Part shown: positions 35,538-44,749 of the stretch, one piece after another
Layout: each line of letters opens with the position of its first letter
Numbering within the stretch: position 1 is the first letter of the stretch
DNA from: Candidatus Krumholzibacteriota bacterium
Lineage (GTDB): Bacteria; Krumholzibacteriota; Krumholzibacteriia; JAJRXK01
Length of the DNA: 64,000 nt
Direction: 5' to 3'
Assembly (NCBI GenBank): GCA_024276305.1
Contig: JAJRXK010000050.1
Span: 2,623 to 66,622 of the forward strand
Notes under the pieces: generated by a model
Databases searched by the model: none
What the model saw: the letters and a program-made list of their open reading frames with translations, nothing else
What the model was told of the DNA's origin: nothing
Translations under genes and position numbers: made by a program

Positions 35538-37076
35538 TCAGCGCTGCTCGAACTTGCGTTTGAGAGCCTCCACCGCGTCCGAGTAGTCCATGGAGGAGAC
35601 ATCGATCTCCGTCTTCTCCTCCTGAGGTCCCGCACTATAGCTCTGGACCTTCTCGCGACGGTGAGGGCGTGACCCGCCATGGTCTCCCCGCGGGGTGGGG
35701 CGATCTTCCCCTTCGGGACGCATCGAGAGGGAGATTCTCCGGGATCCGCCGTCCACGTCGAGGACTCGAGCCTCGATCTCCTGGTCCACGCTGAGCGCAT
35801 CCCGAGGGTGCTCGATTCGATCGGCGGAGATCTGAGAGATGTGAACCAGGCCGTCCACGCCGGGCTCGAGTTCCACGAAGGCACCGAAGTCGGTGAGACG
35901 AGCAACTTTCCCCCTCACCGTAGTGCCGACCCGCCACTTTTCTGCGGCATTGGCCCAGGGATCTTCCTCGAGCTGCTTGATCGACAGACTGACCCGCTCC
36001 TGCTTGGTGCCGAGTGCTTCCATCTTGATGACCTTGACCTGGACTTCCTGCCCCACCTTCAGCCGATCCTTGGGGTCGCGTACGTGGGTGTGCGAAATCT
36101 CGCTCACGTGCACGAGGCCATCGATGCCTCCGATGTCGACGAAGGCGCCATAGGGCTGGAGTCGCCGGACCACTCCGGGGAACACGGCTCCCAACTCGAG
36201 CTTCTCGCGGGTTTCGACGGCGGCCGCCTTCGACTCCTCTTCGAGGATCTTCCGACGGCTGACCACGATGTTTCGCCCTCCCCGTTCGAAGGTGATGATG
36301 CGAAAGCTGAGGTCCTGTCCCACGAACTGTTCGGGGTTCTCGCAGTATCCGACGTCGATCTGGGAGAAGGGACAGAAGGCCCGAACCCCGTGCAAGTCGA
36401 TCTCGAAGCCCCCCTTGTTGGTCTTCTTCACTTTGCCCGGGAGGGGGATCTTGTTCTCGGCCGCGCTTTCGATCTCGCGCAGGCGCAGAGTGTCATTGCC
36501 TTTGCCTCGACCGGTGGTGAATTCCACCGTGTCGCCGACCTTCTTCACGATGGCGGTGAAGGTGTCCCCGATCTGTACCCTCAGCTCCCCCTCTTCGTTG
36601 CGCAGTTCGGAGGTGGCAATGCTTCCCTCGGAGGCTCCACCGAAGTCCAGGAAGGACTCCTTGTCTCCGACCTGAGCCAGCTTCACCTCGCGCCGATCGC
36701 CGGCCTTGAGCTTCGTCTCGAGGCGCGTGTCCTCGGCGATGGCGGCGGCGAGTTCCTCGGCCTGATCGGCCGCGGGCTTCTCTTCGGGGGGCGGGGCGAT
36801 CTCCACCGTGACTTCCTCGACGGTCGGAGCATCCGCGGCCGGAGCTTCGACGAGGACCGTCAGCTCTTCCCCGGTCTCGGGCACTTCGCTTTCTACCTCG
36901 GCCGCGACTTCCACTTCGACCGTTTCGGTGGTGGCGGCTTCGACCTCAATCGCTTTGCTCGGACTCTTCTCGGAGGAGAGTTCGGCTTCGGTGGTCTCGG
37001 AGGCGGTGTGGGTGGAGGAGTCGGGGGCGGAGGCCTCGGACTCGGGCTTCTCAGGCGTGGGATTTTCGGTGGTCAT
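35538..37076 (-). CDS. rpsA: S1 RNA-binding-domain protein (ribosomal protein S1-like) with an acidic N-terminal extension
   Basis: 512 aa. Four recognisable S1/OB repeats (e.g. GAVFPGVVRRLQPYGAFVDIGGIDGLVHVSEIS, GTTVRGKVARLTDFGAFVELEPGVDGLVHISQIS). The first ~125 aa are a low-complexity E/A/T/V tract. Confidence 0.8.
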   Translation of the reverse strand: MTTENPTPEKPESEASAPDSSTHTASETTEAELSSEKSPSKAIEVEAATTETVEVEVAAEVESEVPETGEELTVLVEAPAADAPTVEEVTVEIAPPPEEKPAADQAEELAAAIAEDTRLETKLKAGDRREVKLAQVGDKESFLDFGGASEGSIATSELRNEEGELRVQIGDTFTAIVKKVGDTVEFTTGRGKGNDTLRLREIESAAENKIPLPGKVKKTNKGGFEIDLHGVRAFCPFSQIDVGYCENPEQFVGQDLSFRIITFERGGRNIVVSRRKILEEESKAAAVETREKLELGAVFPGVVRRLQPYGAFVDIGGIDGLVHVSEISHTHVRDPKDRLKVGQEVQVKVIKMEALGTKQERVSLSIKQLEEDPWANAAEKWRVGTTVRGKVARLTDFGAFVELEPGVDGLVHISQISADRIEHPRDALSVDQEIEARVLDVDGGSRRISLSMRPEGEDRPTPRGDHGGSRPHRREKVQSYSAGPQEEKTEIDVSSMDYSDAVEALKRKFEQR

Positions 37077-37203
37077 GGTTACTCGGGCCAGGAGGGCCGT
37101 GTGCAGAAGGAATGAAGGGAGTGTGACAGGCGCTCAGTATAGCAGGAGAAAGGGGGCGAAAAGCAAGGCCTCCTGCGCCGGCGCGCCATCTTTGTCAGAA
37201 TAT

Positions 37204-37773
37204 TCACCCTTGGGGCTGCGATTCTGCCGAGTTGTCGCGGATCAACAGGACACAGAGCGCCACCGCGACGGTCCATTGCCCGGCGCCTTCGCAGTGGGCT
37301 TCGGCCGAGATGCACTGAGTCTCCTCGATCCCCTCGAAGCTCGCCCACTCGGCGGATTCGCCGACGGATTCGGGGGGGGCTCCCAGACTGGTCGCGAGCA
37401 TGGTGCTCGCGAGCCCGACCACCGTGGACTCCACCTCGGAGATGGGCTGGTTCGTGGCATCGTGTTCGGCGATGAAGCCGTGGACCGCCGGGTCCGTCGG
37501 CCGAGCCAGACCGATGCTGGCGACCCGTCTCTGTCCGACTTCGCAAGTCTCCACTCGACTCATGACCACATGAAGGATCTGTCCCGGGAGCAGACCGCGC
37601 TCTCCCTCGGTCCGAGCGATGATCGGGCAGCCCGGTGGGAGGATGCTGGACACGGTCACGAGATTCTGGGCGGCAACTCCCGCCTCGCGGAGGGCGAGTT
37701 CGAAGGCCACGAGCTGGTGGGCGTGATGGCCCACGCCGCGGGCCAGGTAGGCCTGCGTTGGAAGAAGAGACAT
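37204..37773 (-). CDS. pdaD: Pyruvoyl-dependent arginine decarboxylase
   Basis: 189 aa. Self-processing site context NLVTVSSILPPGC (Ser-Ser). Size and overall pattern fit the PvlArgDC family. Confidence 0.7.
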   Translation of the reverse strand: MSLLPTQAYLARGVGHHAHQLVAFELALREAGVAAQNLVTVSSILPPGCPIIARTEGERGLLPGQILHVVMSRVETCEVGQRRVASIGLARPTDPAVHGFIAEHDATNQPISEVESTVVGLASTMLATSLGAPPESVGESAEWASFEGIEETQCISAEAHCEGAGQWTVAVALCVLLIRDNSAESQPQG

Positions 37774-37776
37774 GGA

Positions 37777-38259
37777 TCATTCCCCCGGATCTGAAGTCAG
37801 CGCGAGAATATAGGGGATCACGGCCTCGACGGCTGCATCTTCGTGACCGGGGAAGAGGTGGGAGGTGTCGGGAATGATCTCGAGGATGAGCTCCTTCCAC
37901 GCGGCGACCGGGTCGTCGACCTCGCCTCGACCGTGGTCGTAGACTCCTTCGCTCAGGCCGACGCCGCGGAAGTTCAGCCGCAGGGTCAGGACCCCGACCT
38001 CCGCGCTGAGTCGCTTGGCCAGGCGGTAGAGGATCTTGTTCATGAGCGATCCCCCGTGGAGGGGATGCGGGTGACAGAGGAGAGCCGCGCCGTGGCGGCG
38101 AGCTTCGGGGGGGAGGGCTTGACAATCGTTCAGGGTGGCTTTACATCCGTTCAATCCAGGGAACTCTCTCTCCCGCGAAATGTCGAAGGCGATGCATGGA
38201 CGGTCGTAAGTACCGGAGGATCCTCGAGGGTCGCAAGGCGGCGGATCCGGTGGCGTCAC
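37777..38259 (-). CDS. Truncated/degenerate COG2945-type alpha/beta hydrolase remnant
   Basis: LLCHPHPLHGGSLMNKILY...LRLNFRGVGLSEG...GEVDDPVAAW matches the N-terminal half of the family. The G-F-S-F-G nucleophile position reads FPGHEDA, and the ORF ends ~60 aa early. The start is uncertain because it overlaps the divergent TetR start. Confidence 0.45.
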   Translation of the reverse strand: MTPPDPPPCDPRGSSGTYDRPCIAFDISREREFPGLNGCKATLNDCQALPPEARRHGAALLCHPHPLHGGSLMNKILYRLAKRLSAEVGVLTLRLNFRGVGLSEGVYDHGRGEVDDPVAAWKELILEIIPDTSHLFPGHEDAAVEAVIPYILALTSDPGE

Positions 38260-38924
38260 CCGGGGAGCAGGACATCGTCACCGCTGCCATCGAGATCTTC
38301 GGGCACAAGGGCTACGCGGCGAGCGGATTGCGCGAAATCGCCGATCGGGCTCGGGTGACCGCCCCTCTGATCAGCTACCACTTCGGAAGCAAGGAAGGCC
38401 TCTATGCCCGCTGCGTGGACGTGGTCCTGGGGGCGTTGGCCGAATGCGCGATGGAAGCGGTAGAGGAGGACAGGGGCATCGTCGATGCCGTGCGCCGCTA
38501 CGCCCGGGCCCACGTCGACTTCAGCCTCGATCATCCCGAGGCCCTGCGTTTCGCACTTTCCATGGCCTACGGGCCGGCGGCGGGACAACCCGAGGTGGAT
38601 TGGACCCCGCACTACTCTCGCATGTTCGCCTGGGCCTCGCAGCGATTCGACCGCGCGATTCGGGAGGGGGAGTTTCACCTTCGACCGGACACGAACCTGA
38701 GTCTGGTGCTGCGGCATCTCTTCCACATCGTGCATCTGGAGGTCTTTTCGGCCTACGAGCGGGTGAGATTCGCCGAACAGATCGAGGTCTTCGAGAAATC
38801 GGACGCGCATGCCGCTTGTGGGCAACTCGAAGCGGGAGAAGCCGTAGAAGACGTCGTTCGTCAGTTCTTCTTGGGAGCGGGACAGGTGGCCGACATGTCC
38901 TCGTTCGACGGAACATCCAATTGA
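38196..38924 (+). CDS. TetR/AcrR-family transcriptional regulator
   Basis: N-terminal HTH IVTAAIEIFGHKGYAASGLREIADRARVTAPLISYHFGSKEGLY. Lies directly upstream of the RND efflux genes. Confidence 0.85.
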   Translation: MDGRKYRRILEGRKAADPVASPGEQDIVTAAIEIFGHKGYAASGLREIADRARVTAPLISYHFGSKEGLYARCVDVVLGALAECAMEAVEEDRGIVDAVRRYARAHVDFSLDHPEALRFALSMAYGPAAGQPEVDWTPHYSRMFAWASQRFDRAIREGEFHLRPDTNLSLVLRHLFHIVHLEVFSAYERVRFAEQIEVFEKSDAHAACGQLEAGEAVEDVVRQFFLGAGQVADMSSFDGTSN

Positions 38925-38934
38925 GGAAACGATC

Positions 38935-40449
38935 ATGTTCAGAAGAGTGATCCTCTTCACATTGTGCTTGGGTCTGGTCGGGGAGGCAGTTCCTTCGTTG
39001 GCCGAGGATTTTGCGACCGATGGTGAGGTGCTGGTTGCGATCGAGGGCGCGGAGTCGGCGCTATCACTGCGGGAGTGCGCCCAGATGGCCCTCTCGGCCA
39101 ACGAAGCCCTTTCGCAGCAGCGAGAGCGATTGGCCAAGGTGCGTGCGCAGGCGATCTCCGCCCGGAGCGAAGGCCTGCCCCGTCTCGAAGTCCAGAGTTC
39201 CTTCAGCCGTTCGCGCGACCCTTCTTTCGTCCTCGATTCCTCCTTCTCGAGTGGGGGAGAGGGGGATGATTTCCTCACTCCGCTCCTCCAGCCCCTTTAC
39301 GACCAGCACCCGGGAGTGAGTCCCCCGGTGGCGGGCGGGTTCTCCTTTCTCCCCAAGCCGGAAGAGGTTCCAGCCCAGACCTTCTGGCGGGGTTATGCCG
39401 ACCTGTTCTGGGAACTTCGCCCGACGAGAGTCTTTCGCGCGGTACGCGCCGCCGGTTCGGCCATCGAGCAGCAGGAGTCCGTGCTCGAGGATCTCGAGCA
39501 CCGCACTCTGGAGTCCGTGGTTCAGGCCTACCACGGGGTCCTGTTGGCGCAGGAGCGGGCGGAAGCAATGGAGCGTGAAGTCCTCTCGCGGCGGCAGTTC
39601 CTGGAAGTCACCCGCCGGCGCTTTCAACTCGAACTCGTGGCTCCTCTGGACACTCTGCAGGCCGCGGTGAGTTTGGCCAATCTGGGACCGGAGCTGAGAC
39701 GGCGACGTCAGGAATTGCGTCGTGCGGCCTACGGGCTCAATGAATTGCTCGGACGCGATCCGAGGACTCCGTTGAGTGTCGTCACGGGCTTCCAGCTCGA
39801 GACCGAGGAGGTCTCGCCCACTTTCGCCCTGCGAATGGCCCAGGGCCGGGCTGATCTGCGGAGCGAGGAGGGGATGATCCCGATTCTGGAATTGCAGCGG
39901 GGTGCGAATTCTGCCACTCGTCATCCCTACTTGAGTGTGGAAGGTCAGTGGGGCTATGTGGCCCGGGATCTCTCGACCCTGACCGACAAGGGGCACGACT
40001 TCTGGCGCCTGGGAGTCACGCTGCATCTTCCCATCTTCGACGGGCAGGTGACCAAAGGATTGGTGCGGCAGAACGAGGCCGATCTGCGGCGTCAGCGACA
40101 CCGCCTGAGTGAGGTGCGGCGAGCGGTGAAGTCGGAGGTGCTCCTCGCGGTGGAGGATCGGGTCATCGCTCAGGACGACCTGTCCGCCGCGCGCCTCAAT
40201 ATGGAGCGCGCTCAGGACGCCTATCGGCAGATGAGTCTGCGCTACGAATTGGGAAAGGCAGATCGGTTGCAGGTTCTCGACGCGCAGGCCGAACGATTCA
40301 CGGCGCGTTCGGCGCTGATTCAAGCTCGCTACGATGTGGTGGTTGCCACTGCCACTCTCAAGCGGGCCATGGGAGTGTCGCCGCTGACCCCCCTGCACGA
40401 GATACTCGGTCGCCAAGCGGGCGACTTCGCTCACGAGGAGGCAAATTGA
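38935..40449 (+). CDS. TolC-family outer-membrane efflux protein
   Basis: 504 aa. Signal peptide. Two OEP repeats with typical coiled-coil pattern (LSLRECAQMALSANEAL..., ...ARYDVVVATATLKRAMG). Confidence 0.85.
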   Translation: MFRRVILFTLCLGLVGEAVPSLAEDFATDGEVLVAIEGAESALSLRECAQMALSANEALSQQRERLAKVRAQAISARSEGLPRLEVQSSFSRSRDPSFVLDSSFSSGGEGDDFLTPLLQPLYDQHPGVSPPVAGGFSFLPKPEEVPAQTFWRGYADLFWELRPTRVFRAVRAAGSAIEQQESVLEDLEHRTLESVVQAYHGVLLAQERAEAMEREVLSRRQFLEVTRRRFQLELVAPLDTLQAAVSLANLGPELRRRRQELRRAAYGLNELLGRDPRTPLSVVTGFQLETEEVSPTFALRMAQGRADLRSEEGMIPILELQRGANSATRHPYLSVEGQWGYVARDLSTLTDKGHDFWRLGVTLHLPIFDGQVTKGLVRQNEADLRRQRHRLSEVRRAVKSEVLLAVEDRVIAQDDLSAARLNMERAQDAYRQMSLRYELGKADRLQVLDAQAERFTARSALIQARYDVVVATATLKRAMGVSPLTPLHEILGRQAGDFAHEEAN

Positions 40450-41606
40450 TGCGCTGGATCTCTACCCTCGTCCTGTCCTCCTTGGTACTCGCAGCTTGCG
40501 CTCGAGACGATGGCATGGGAGAAGGCGCCGCCACGGTCAAGGAGAGACCCGCGAACGTGCGGGTCTTGGAAGTGGGGCGCAGCGATCTCGACGAATGGTT
40601 GACCGTCAGTGGCCGGCTCGCAGCGGTGCGCGCGACCGACGTGAGCACTGAGGAAGCCGGAGTGGTCGAAGAGATCCTGGCCGATCGCGGCACGGAGGTG
40701 GAGAAGGGAGAGGTCCTCGTACTCCTCGATCGGCGCTTGCTCGACGCGCAATGGAAGGCGGCGGAGGCCGCAGCGGTGTTGCGGCGCTACAACGAGGAGC
40801 GCACCCGCACTCTCTACGACGAGGAGTCGGTGAGCAAGCAAGAGATGCTGCGGGTCCACACCGAGTCGGAGCAGGCTCGGCAGAATGCGGAAATCGCCAG
40901 GTTGCACTACGAGCGTGCAGCCATTGCCTCCCCCTTCGATGGGGTGGTGGTCGATCGCAAGGTCGAGGTGGGCCAATTCGTGGTGCCGGGTCAGGTCGTG
41001 GCCCGGGTGGTCGACTCCTCCGAGCTCGAACTCGAGGCCTATGTCACCGAGGCAGAGGTGGCGCGGCTGAGGGTGGGAGCGCCGGCTCGGCTGGAGGTCA
41101 CCGGAATCTCGGATCCGGTCTGGGCCAGGCTGCGGTGGGTTTCGGTGGAGGCGAGTCCGGTTACCGGAAAGTTCGCCTTGGAGATTCGGGTGTCCAACCC
41201 CGAGGGCAGTCTGCGGGCTGGGGTTCTCGCTGCGGCCAGAATCCTCGTGGCTCGACACGAGCAGGTCTTGGCCATTCCTCGGGACGCGATCACTCGAGGA
41301 AGCGATGGCCCGAGAGTGCTCGTGGTGGAGGGGAGTCGTGCGGTGGCGCGGCCGGTGACTCTGGGCGCTGACCAAGGAGCCATGGTCGTGGTCACCTCGG
41401 GCCTGACCGAGGGAGAGTCACTGATCGTCCGCGGTCAGCGCGACGTGAGTGACGGCTCCCTGGTTGCGGTCACCGAATTCGCGCAGCGGCGTGACGGAAG
41501 TGCCGAAGGAGACCCCCCCGAAGTCCGCGAGGAATCTCGGATGGAGCTTCCTCTCGACTTCGACCTCGGCGTGAGCGGGTCTTCCGCGGAGACAGAGACG
41601 CGATGA
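40449..41606 (+). CDS. RND efflux periplasmic adaptor (membrane fusion protein)
   Basis: ATG 40449 overlaps the TolC stop (TGATG). Lipobox LAAC. HlyD/biotinyl-lipoyl-like hairpin and beta-barrel segments (SPFDGVVVDRKVEVGQFV). Confidence 0.85.
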   Translation: MRWISTLVLSSLVLAACARDDGMGEGAATVKERPANVRVLEVGRSDLDEWLTVSGRLAAVRATDVSTEEAGVVEEILADRGTEVEKGEVLVLLDRRLLDAQWKAAEAAAVLRRYNEERTRTLYDEESVSKQEMLRVHTESEQARQNAEIARLHYERAAIASPFDGVVVDRKVEVGQFVVPGQVVARVVDSSELELEAYVTEAEVARLRVGAPARLEVTGISDPVWARLRWVSVEASPVTGKFALEIRVSNPEGSLRAGVLAAARILVARHEQVLAIPRDAITRGSDGPRVLVVEGSRAVARPVTLGADQGAMVVVTSGLTEGESLIVRGQRDVSDGSLVAVTEFAQRRDGSAEGDPPEVREESRMELPLDFDLGVSGSSAETETR

Positions 41607-44600
41607 CCCTCACCGACCTCGCGATTCGCAAGAGCATGACCTCCCTCGCGGCCATCGCGCTGGTCGTGATTCTGGGCGTGTCCTCCTACTTGAGTTTGCC
41701 CCGGGAATCGTCTCCCGACGTGAAGATCCCCTATGTGATGGTCTACGCTCCCTACTTCGGGACATCCCCTCAGGACATGGAGAACCTGGTCACTCGCAAG
41801 CTCGAGACGCAGCTCAAAGCGGTGCCCGATCTGGTGGAGATGGTGAGCCAGTCGAGCGAGGGGGTGAGCAATGTCACTCTGGAGTTCAAACCCGATGTGG
41901 ACATGAGCGATGCCCTGCAGAAGGTCCGTGACGCCGTGGAATTGGCCAAACCCGAACTCCCCCAGGACGTGCGGGACGATCTGCTGGTCTACGAAATCAG
42001 TAGTGACGACTGGCCCATCATGCAGGTGGCCATCTCGGGTCCCTTCGACCTCGTCCATCTCAAGGAGATCGGAGAGGACATCCAGGACGACATCGAGGAG
42101 ATCCGGGGCGTACTGGCCGTGGATCTGACCGGAGGCGTGGAACAGGAAGTCCGGATCGATGTGGATCCCCGTCGCCTCGAGGCCTACGGGCTGGGTTTGG
42201 TGGACTTGAAAGACGCCATCGCCCTCGAGAACGTCACCTTGCCGGGGGGCGATGTCCGGGTCGGCACTTACGAGTATCAGGTTCGAGTTCCCGGAGAATT
42301 CGAGTCGATCGACGAGATCCCCAACGTGATCCTCAATCCTGCGGCCGAGACTCCGGTCTACGTCCGGGACGTGGCCACGGTCCGGATGACCGCCGCCGAC
42401 CGTTCTACGATCTCGCGGTTGGAAGGCCGCGATTCGGTGACCCTCTCGGTCAAGAAGCGCAGCGGCGAGAACATCATTCGCATCGCCGATGCAGTGCGAG
42501 AAGTGGTCGACGAATGGCAGGCGCGATTGCCCGAGGATACGCGGCTGACGATCATGGTCGATCAGTCGGTGGACATCCGCTTCATGGTGAGAGAACTCGA
42601 GAACAACATTCTCAGTGGGTTGATTCTCGTGGTGGCCGTGCTCTTCCTCTTTCTCGGGCTGAGGAACTCTCTCTTCGTGGCGTTGGCGATTCCACTGTCG
42701 ATGCTCATGAGCTTCGTCGTGCTGCAGGCGATGGGCTATACCCTCAACATGGTGGTGCTCTTCTCGCTCATCCTGGCTCTCGGTATGCTCGTCGACAACG
42801 CCATCGTCATCGTCGAGAACATCTATCGCCACCGGGGCGAAGGCTTCGGAGCCATCGAAGCGGCGTCGATGGGAACCCGTCAGGTGACCGGTGCGGTGAT
42901 CGCGTCGACATTGACCACCCTCTGTGCTTTCGGCCCCATGGTCTTCTGGCCCGGCATCCTGGGACAGTTCATGAAGTACCTGCCGATCACCGTGATCATT
43001 ACTCTCAGTGCGTCGCTGCTGGTGGCGTTGGTCTTCAATCCCGTCCTCTGCTCGCGTTACATGAAGACACCGCAGGTCGTCGGGGGGAGGCCCGGATTGG
43101 GGGACCGGATCATGAACGTCGGTCTGGTGCGCTACGAGCCCTTGCTCCGGTGGGCTCTGCGCCATCGGACGCGGACCTTGGTCGGGATGCTGCTCTTGTT
43201 GGTTGCGGTGGGGGAAATCTTCGACCGATTCAACGCGGGATCCGAGCTCTTTCCCGACACCGATCCGACCTATGCCTTTGTGCAGATCAGCGCGCCCTCC
43301 GGCACGCGCATCGAGCAGAGTGACCGCTACGCTCGGGAAGTCGAGGCCGAGATCGCCAAGCTGACCGACATGAAGGCCTATGTGACCGAAGTGGGATCGG
43401 GAGGAACCACCGAACTCGGCACTTCCGCTTCGGCCCCGGTCAATGAGACTCGCCTGACCATGGAGTTTCTGCGCTTTCAGGAACGGAAACACTCCTCCCG
43501 CGAGTTGCTGGAGCAGCTTCGAGAGGCCCTGGCCGGCTTCACCGGTGCCCGCCTGACCATCGACAAGCAGAGCGATGGCCCGCCGACGGGCAAGCCCGTG
43601 AACATCGAGATTCATGGCGACGACTACGCGCAGCTGGGCATTCTGGCCGAGACGGTACGGGGGCTCATTCGGGACGAACCGGGCTTGGTGGATCTGCAGG
43701 ACAACTTCGACCGTGGCCTTCCCCAACTCATCGTCCGGCCGAATATGGAAAAGGCGGCCCGGTTCGGGCTGCGGACCGCGGACATCGCCGCGACCATTCG
43801 CACCGCCGTCAATGGGGACGATGTGGGGGAGTACCGGGTGGGTGAGGACGAGTACGACATCGTCGTGCGCTACGAGCAGCCCGCTCGGCTGAGCCGCGAG
43901 GACCTCGAGTCCTTCACCGTGTTCTACGAGGGAAAGAGTATCCCGCTCACCTCCTTCGCCGACGTGGAATTCGGCACCGGAGTGGCGGCCATCCACCGGA
44001 TCGATTCTCGGCGAGTGGTCACGGTGACGGCGGAGGTCAGTCCCGGCACCAATGCCAACGAACTACTCGGCCGAGTCCGGGAGGATCTGGAAGGACTCGT
44101 TCTTCCTGCGGGTTATGCCCTGGAATTCACCGGTGAGTCGAAGGACCAGGAGGAAGCCTCGGCCTTTCTCGAGAAGGCCTTCGTCCTGGCTCTGATGCTC
44201 ATCCTCATCGTCCTCATCACCCAATTCGATTCGATCACCGTTCCTCTGGTGATTCTTGCGAGCGTGATTCTGTCGCTGATCGGAGTATTCGTGGGCCTTC
44301 TCGTCACTCGGCTGCCCTTCGGGATCATCATGACCGGCGTGGGCGTGATCTCATTGGCCGGAGTGGTGGTGAACAACGCCATCGTGTTGTTGGACTACAT
44401 CGTCCAGTTGCGGCGCGAAGGCATGTCGAAGGAGGACGCCATCGTGCACGCGGGTCTCACTCGTTTCCGGCCGGTTCTGCTCACCGCGGTGACCACGATT
44501 CTGGGATTGATTCCTCTGACCACCGGACTCTCACTCGACTTCACTTCTCTGGTCCAGGGGGACTGGGCGAAGGTATTGGTCATCGGTGGCGAATCGAGTC

Positions 44601-44749
44601 AGTGGTGGGGCCCCATGGGAGTCGCGGTCATCTGGGGTCTGGCGGTGGCGACTTTCCTGACTCTGATCGTGGTACCGGTGATGTACGCCAGCATTGCGAG
44701 GGCGCCGCAGGGTGTGATCGACCAAGATCTGCCGCGTGAGCCGAGATGA
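41603..44749 (+). CDS. RND (AcrB/HAE1-type) efflux permease
   Basis: 1048 aa. 12-TM pattern with two large periplasmic loops. Conserved GMLVDNAIVIVENI and AGVVVNNAIVLLDY motifs. ATGA overlap with the adaptor gene. Confidence 0.9.
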   Translation: MTLTDLAIRKSMTSLAAIALVVILGVSSYLSLPRESSPDVKIPYVMVYAPYFGTSPQDMENLVTRKLETQLKAVPDLVEMVSQSSEGVSNVTLEFKPDVDMSDALQKVRDAVELAKPELPQDVRDDLLVYEISSDDWPIMQVAISGPFDLVHLKEIGEDIQDDIEEIRGVLAVDLTGGVEQEVRIDVDPRRLEAYGLGLVDLKDAIALENVTLPGGDVRVGTYEYQVRVPGEFESIDEIPNVILNPAAETPVYVRDVATVRMTAADRSTISRLEGRDSVTLSVKKRSGENIIRIADAVREVVDEWQARLPEDTRLTIMVDQSVDIRFMVRELENNILSGLILVVAVLFLFLGLRNSLFVALAIPLSMLMSFVVLQAMGYTLNMVVLFSLILALGMLVDNAIVIVENIYRHRGEGFGAIEAASMGTRQVTGAVIASTLTTLCAFGPMVFWPGILGQFMKYLPITVIITLSASLLVALVFNPVLCSRYMKTPQVVGGRPGLGDRIMNVGLVRYEPLLRWALRHRTRTLVGMLLLLVAVGEIFDRFNAGSELFPDTDPTYAFVQISAPSGTRIEQSDRYAREVEAEIAKLTDMKAYVTEVGSGGTTELGTSASAPVNETRLTMEFLRFQERKHSSRELLEQLREALAGFTGARLTIDKQSDGPPTGKPVNIEIHGDDYAQLGILAETVRGLIRDEPGLVDLQDNFDRGLPQLIVRPNMEKAARFGLRTADIAATIRTAVNGDDVGEYRVGEDEYDIVVRYEQPARLSREDLESFTVFYEGKSIPLTSFADVEFGTGVAAIHRIDSRRVVTVTAEVSPGTNANELLGRVREDLEGLVLPAGYALEFTGESKDQEEASAFLEKAFVLALMLILIVLITQFDSITVPLVILASVILSLIGVFVGLLVTRLPFGIIMTGVGVISLAGVVVNNAIVLLDYIVQLRREGMSKEDAIVHAGLTRFRPVLLTAVTTILGLIPLTTGLSLDFTSLVQGDWAKVLVIGGESSQWWGPMGVAVIWGLAVATFLTLIVVPVMYASIARAPQGVIDQDLPREPR

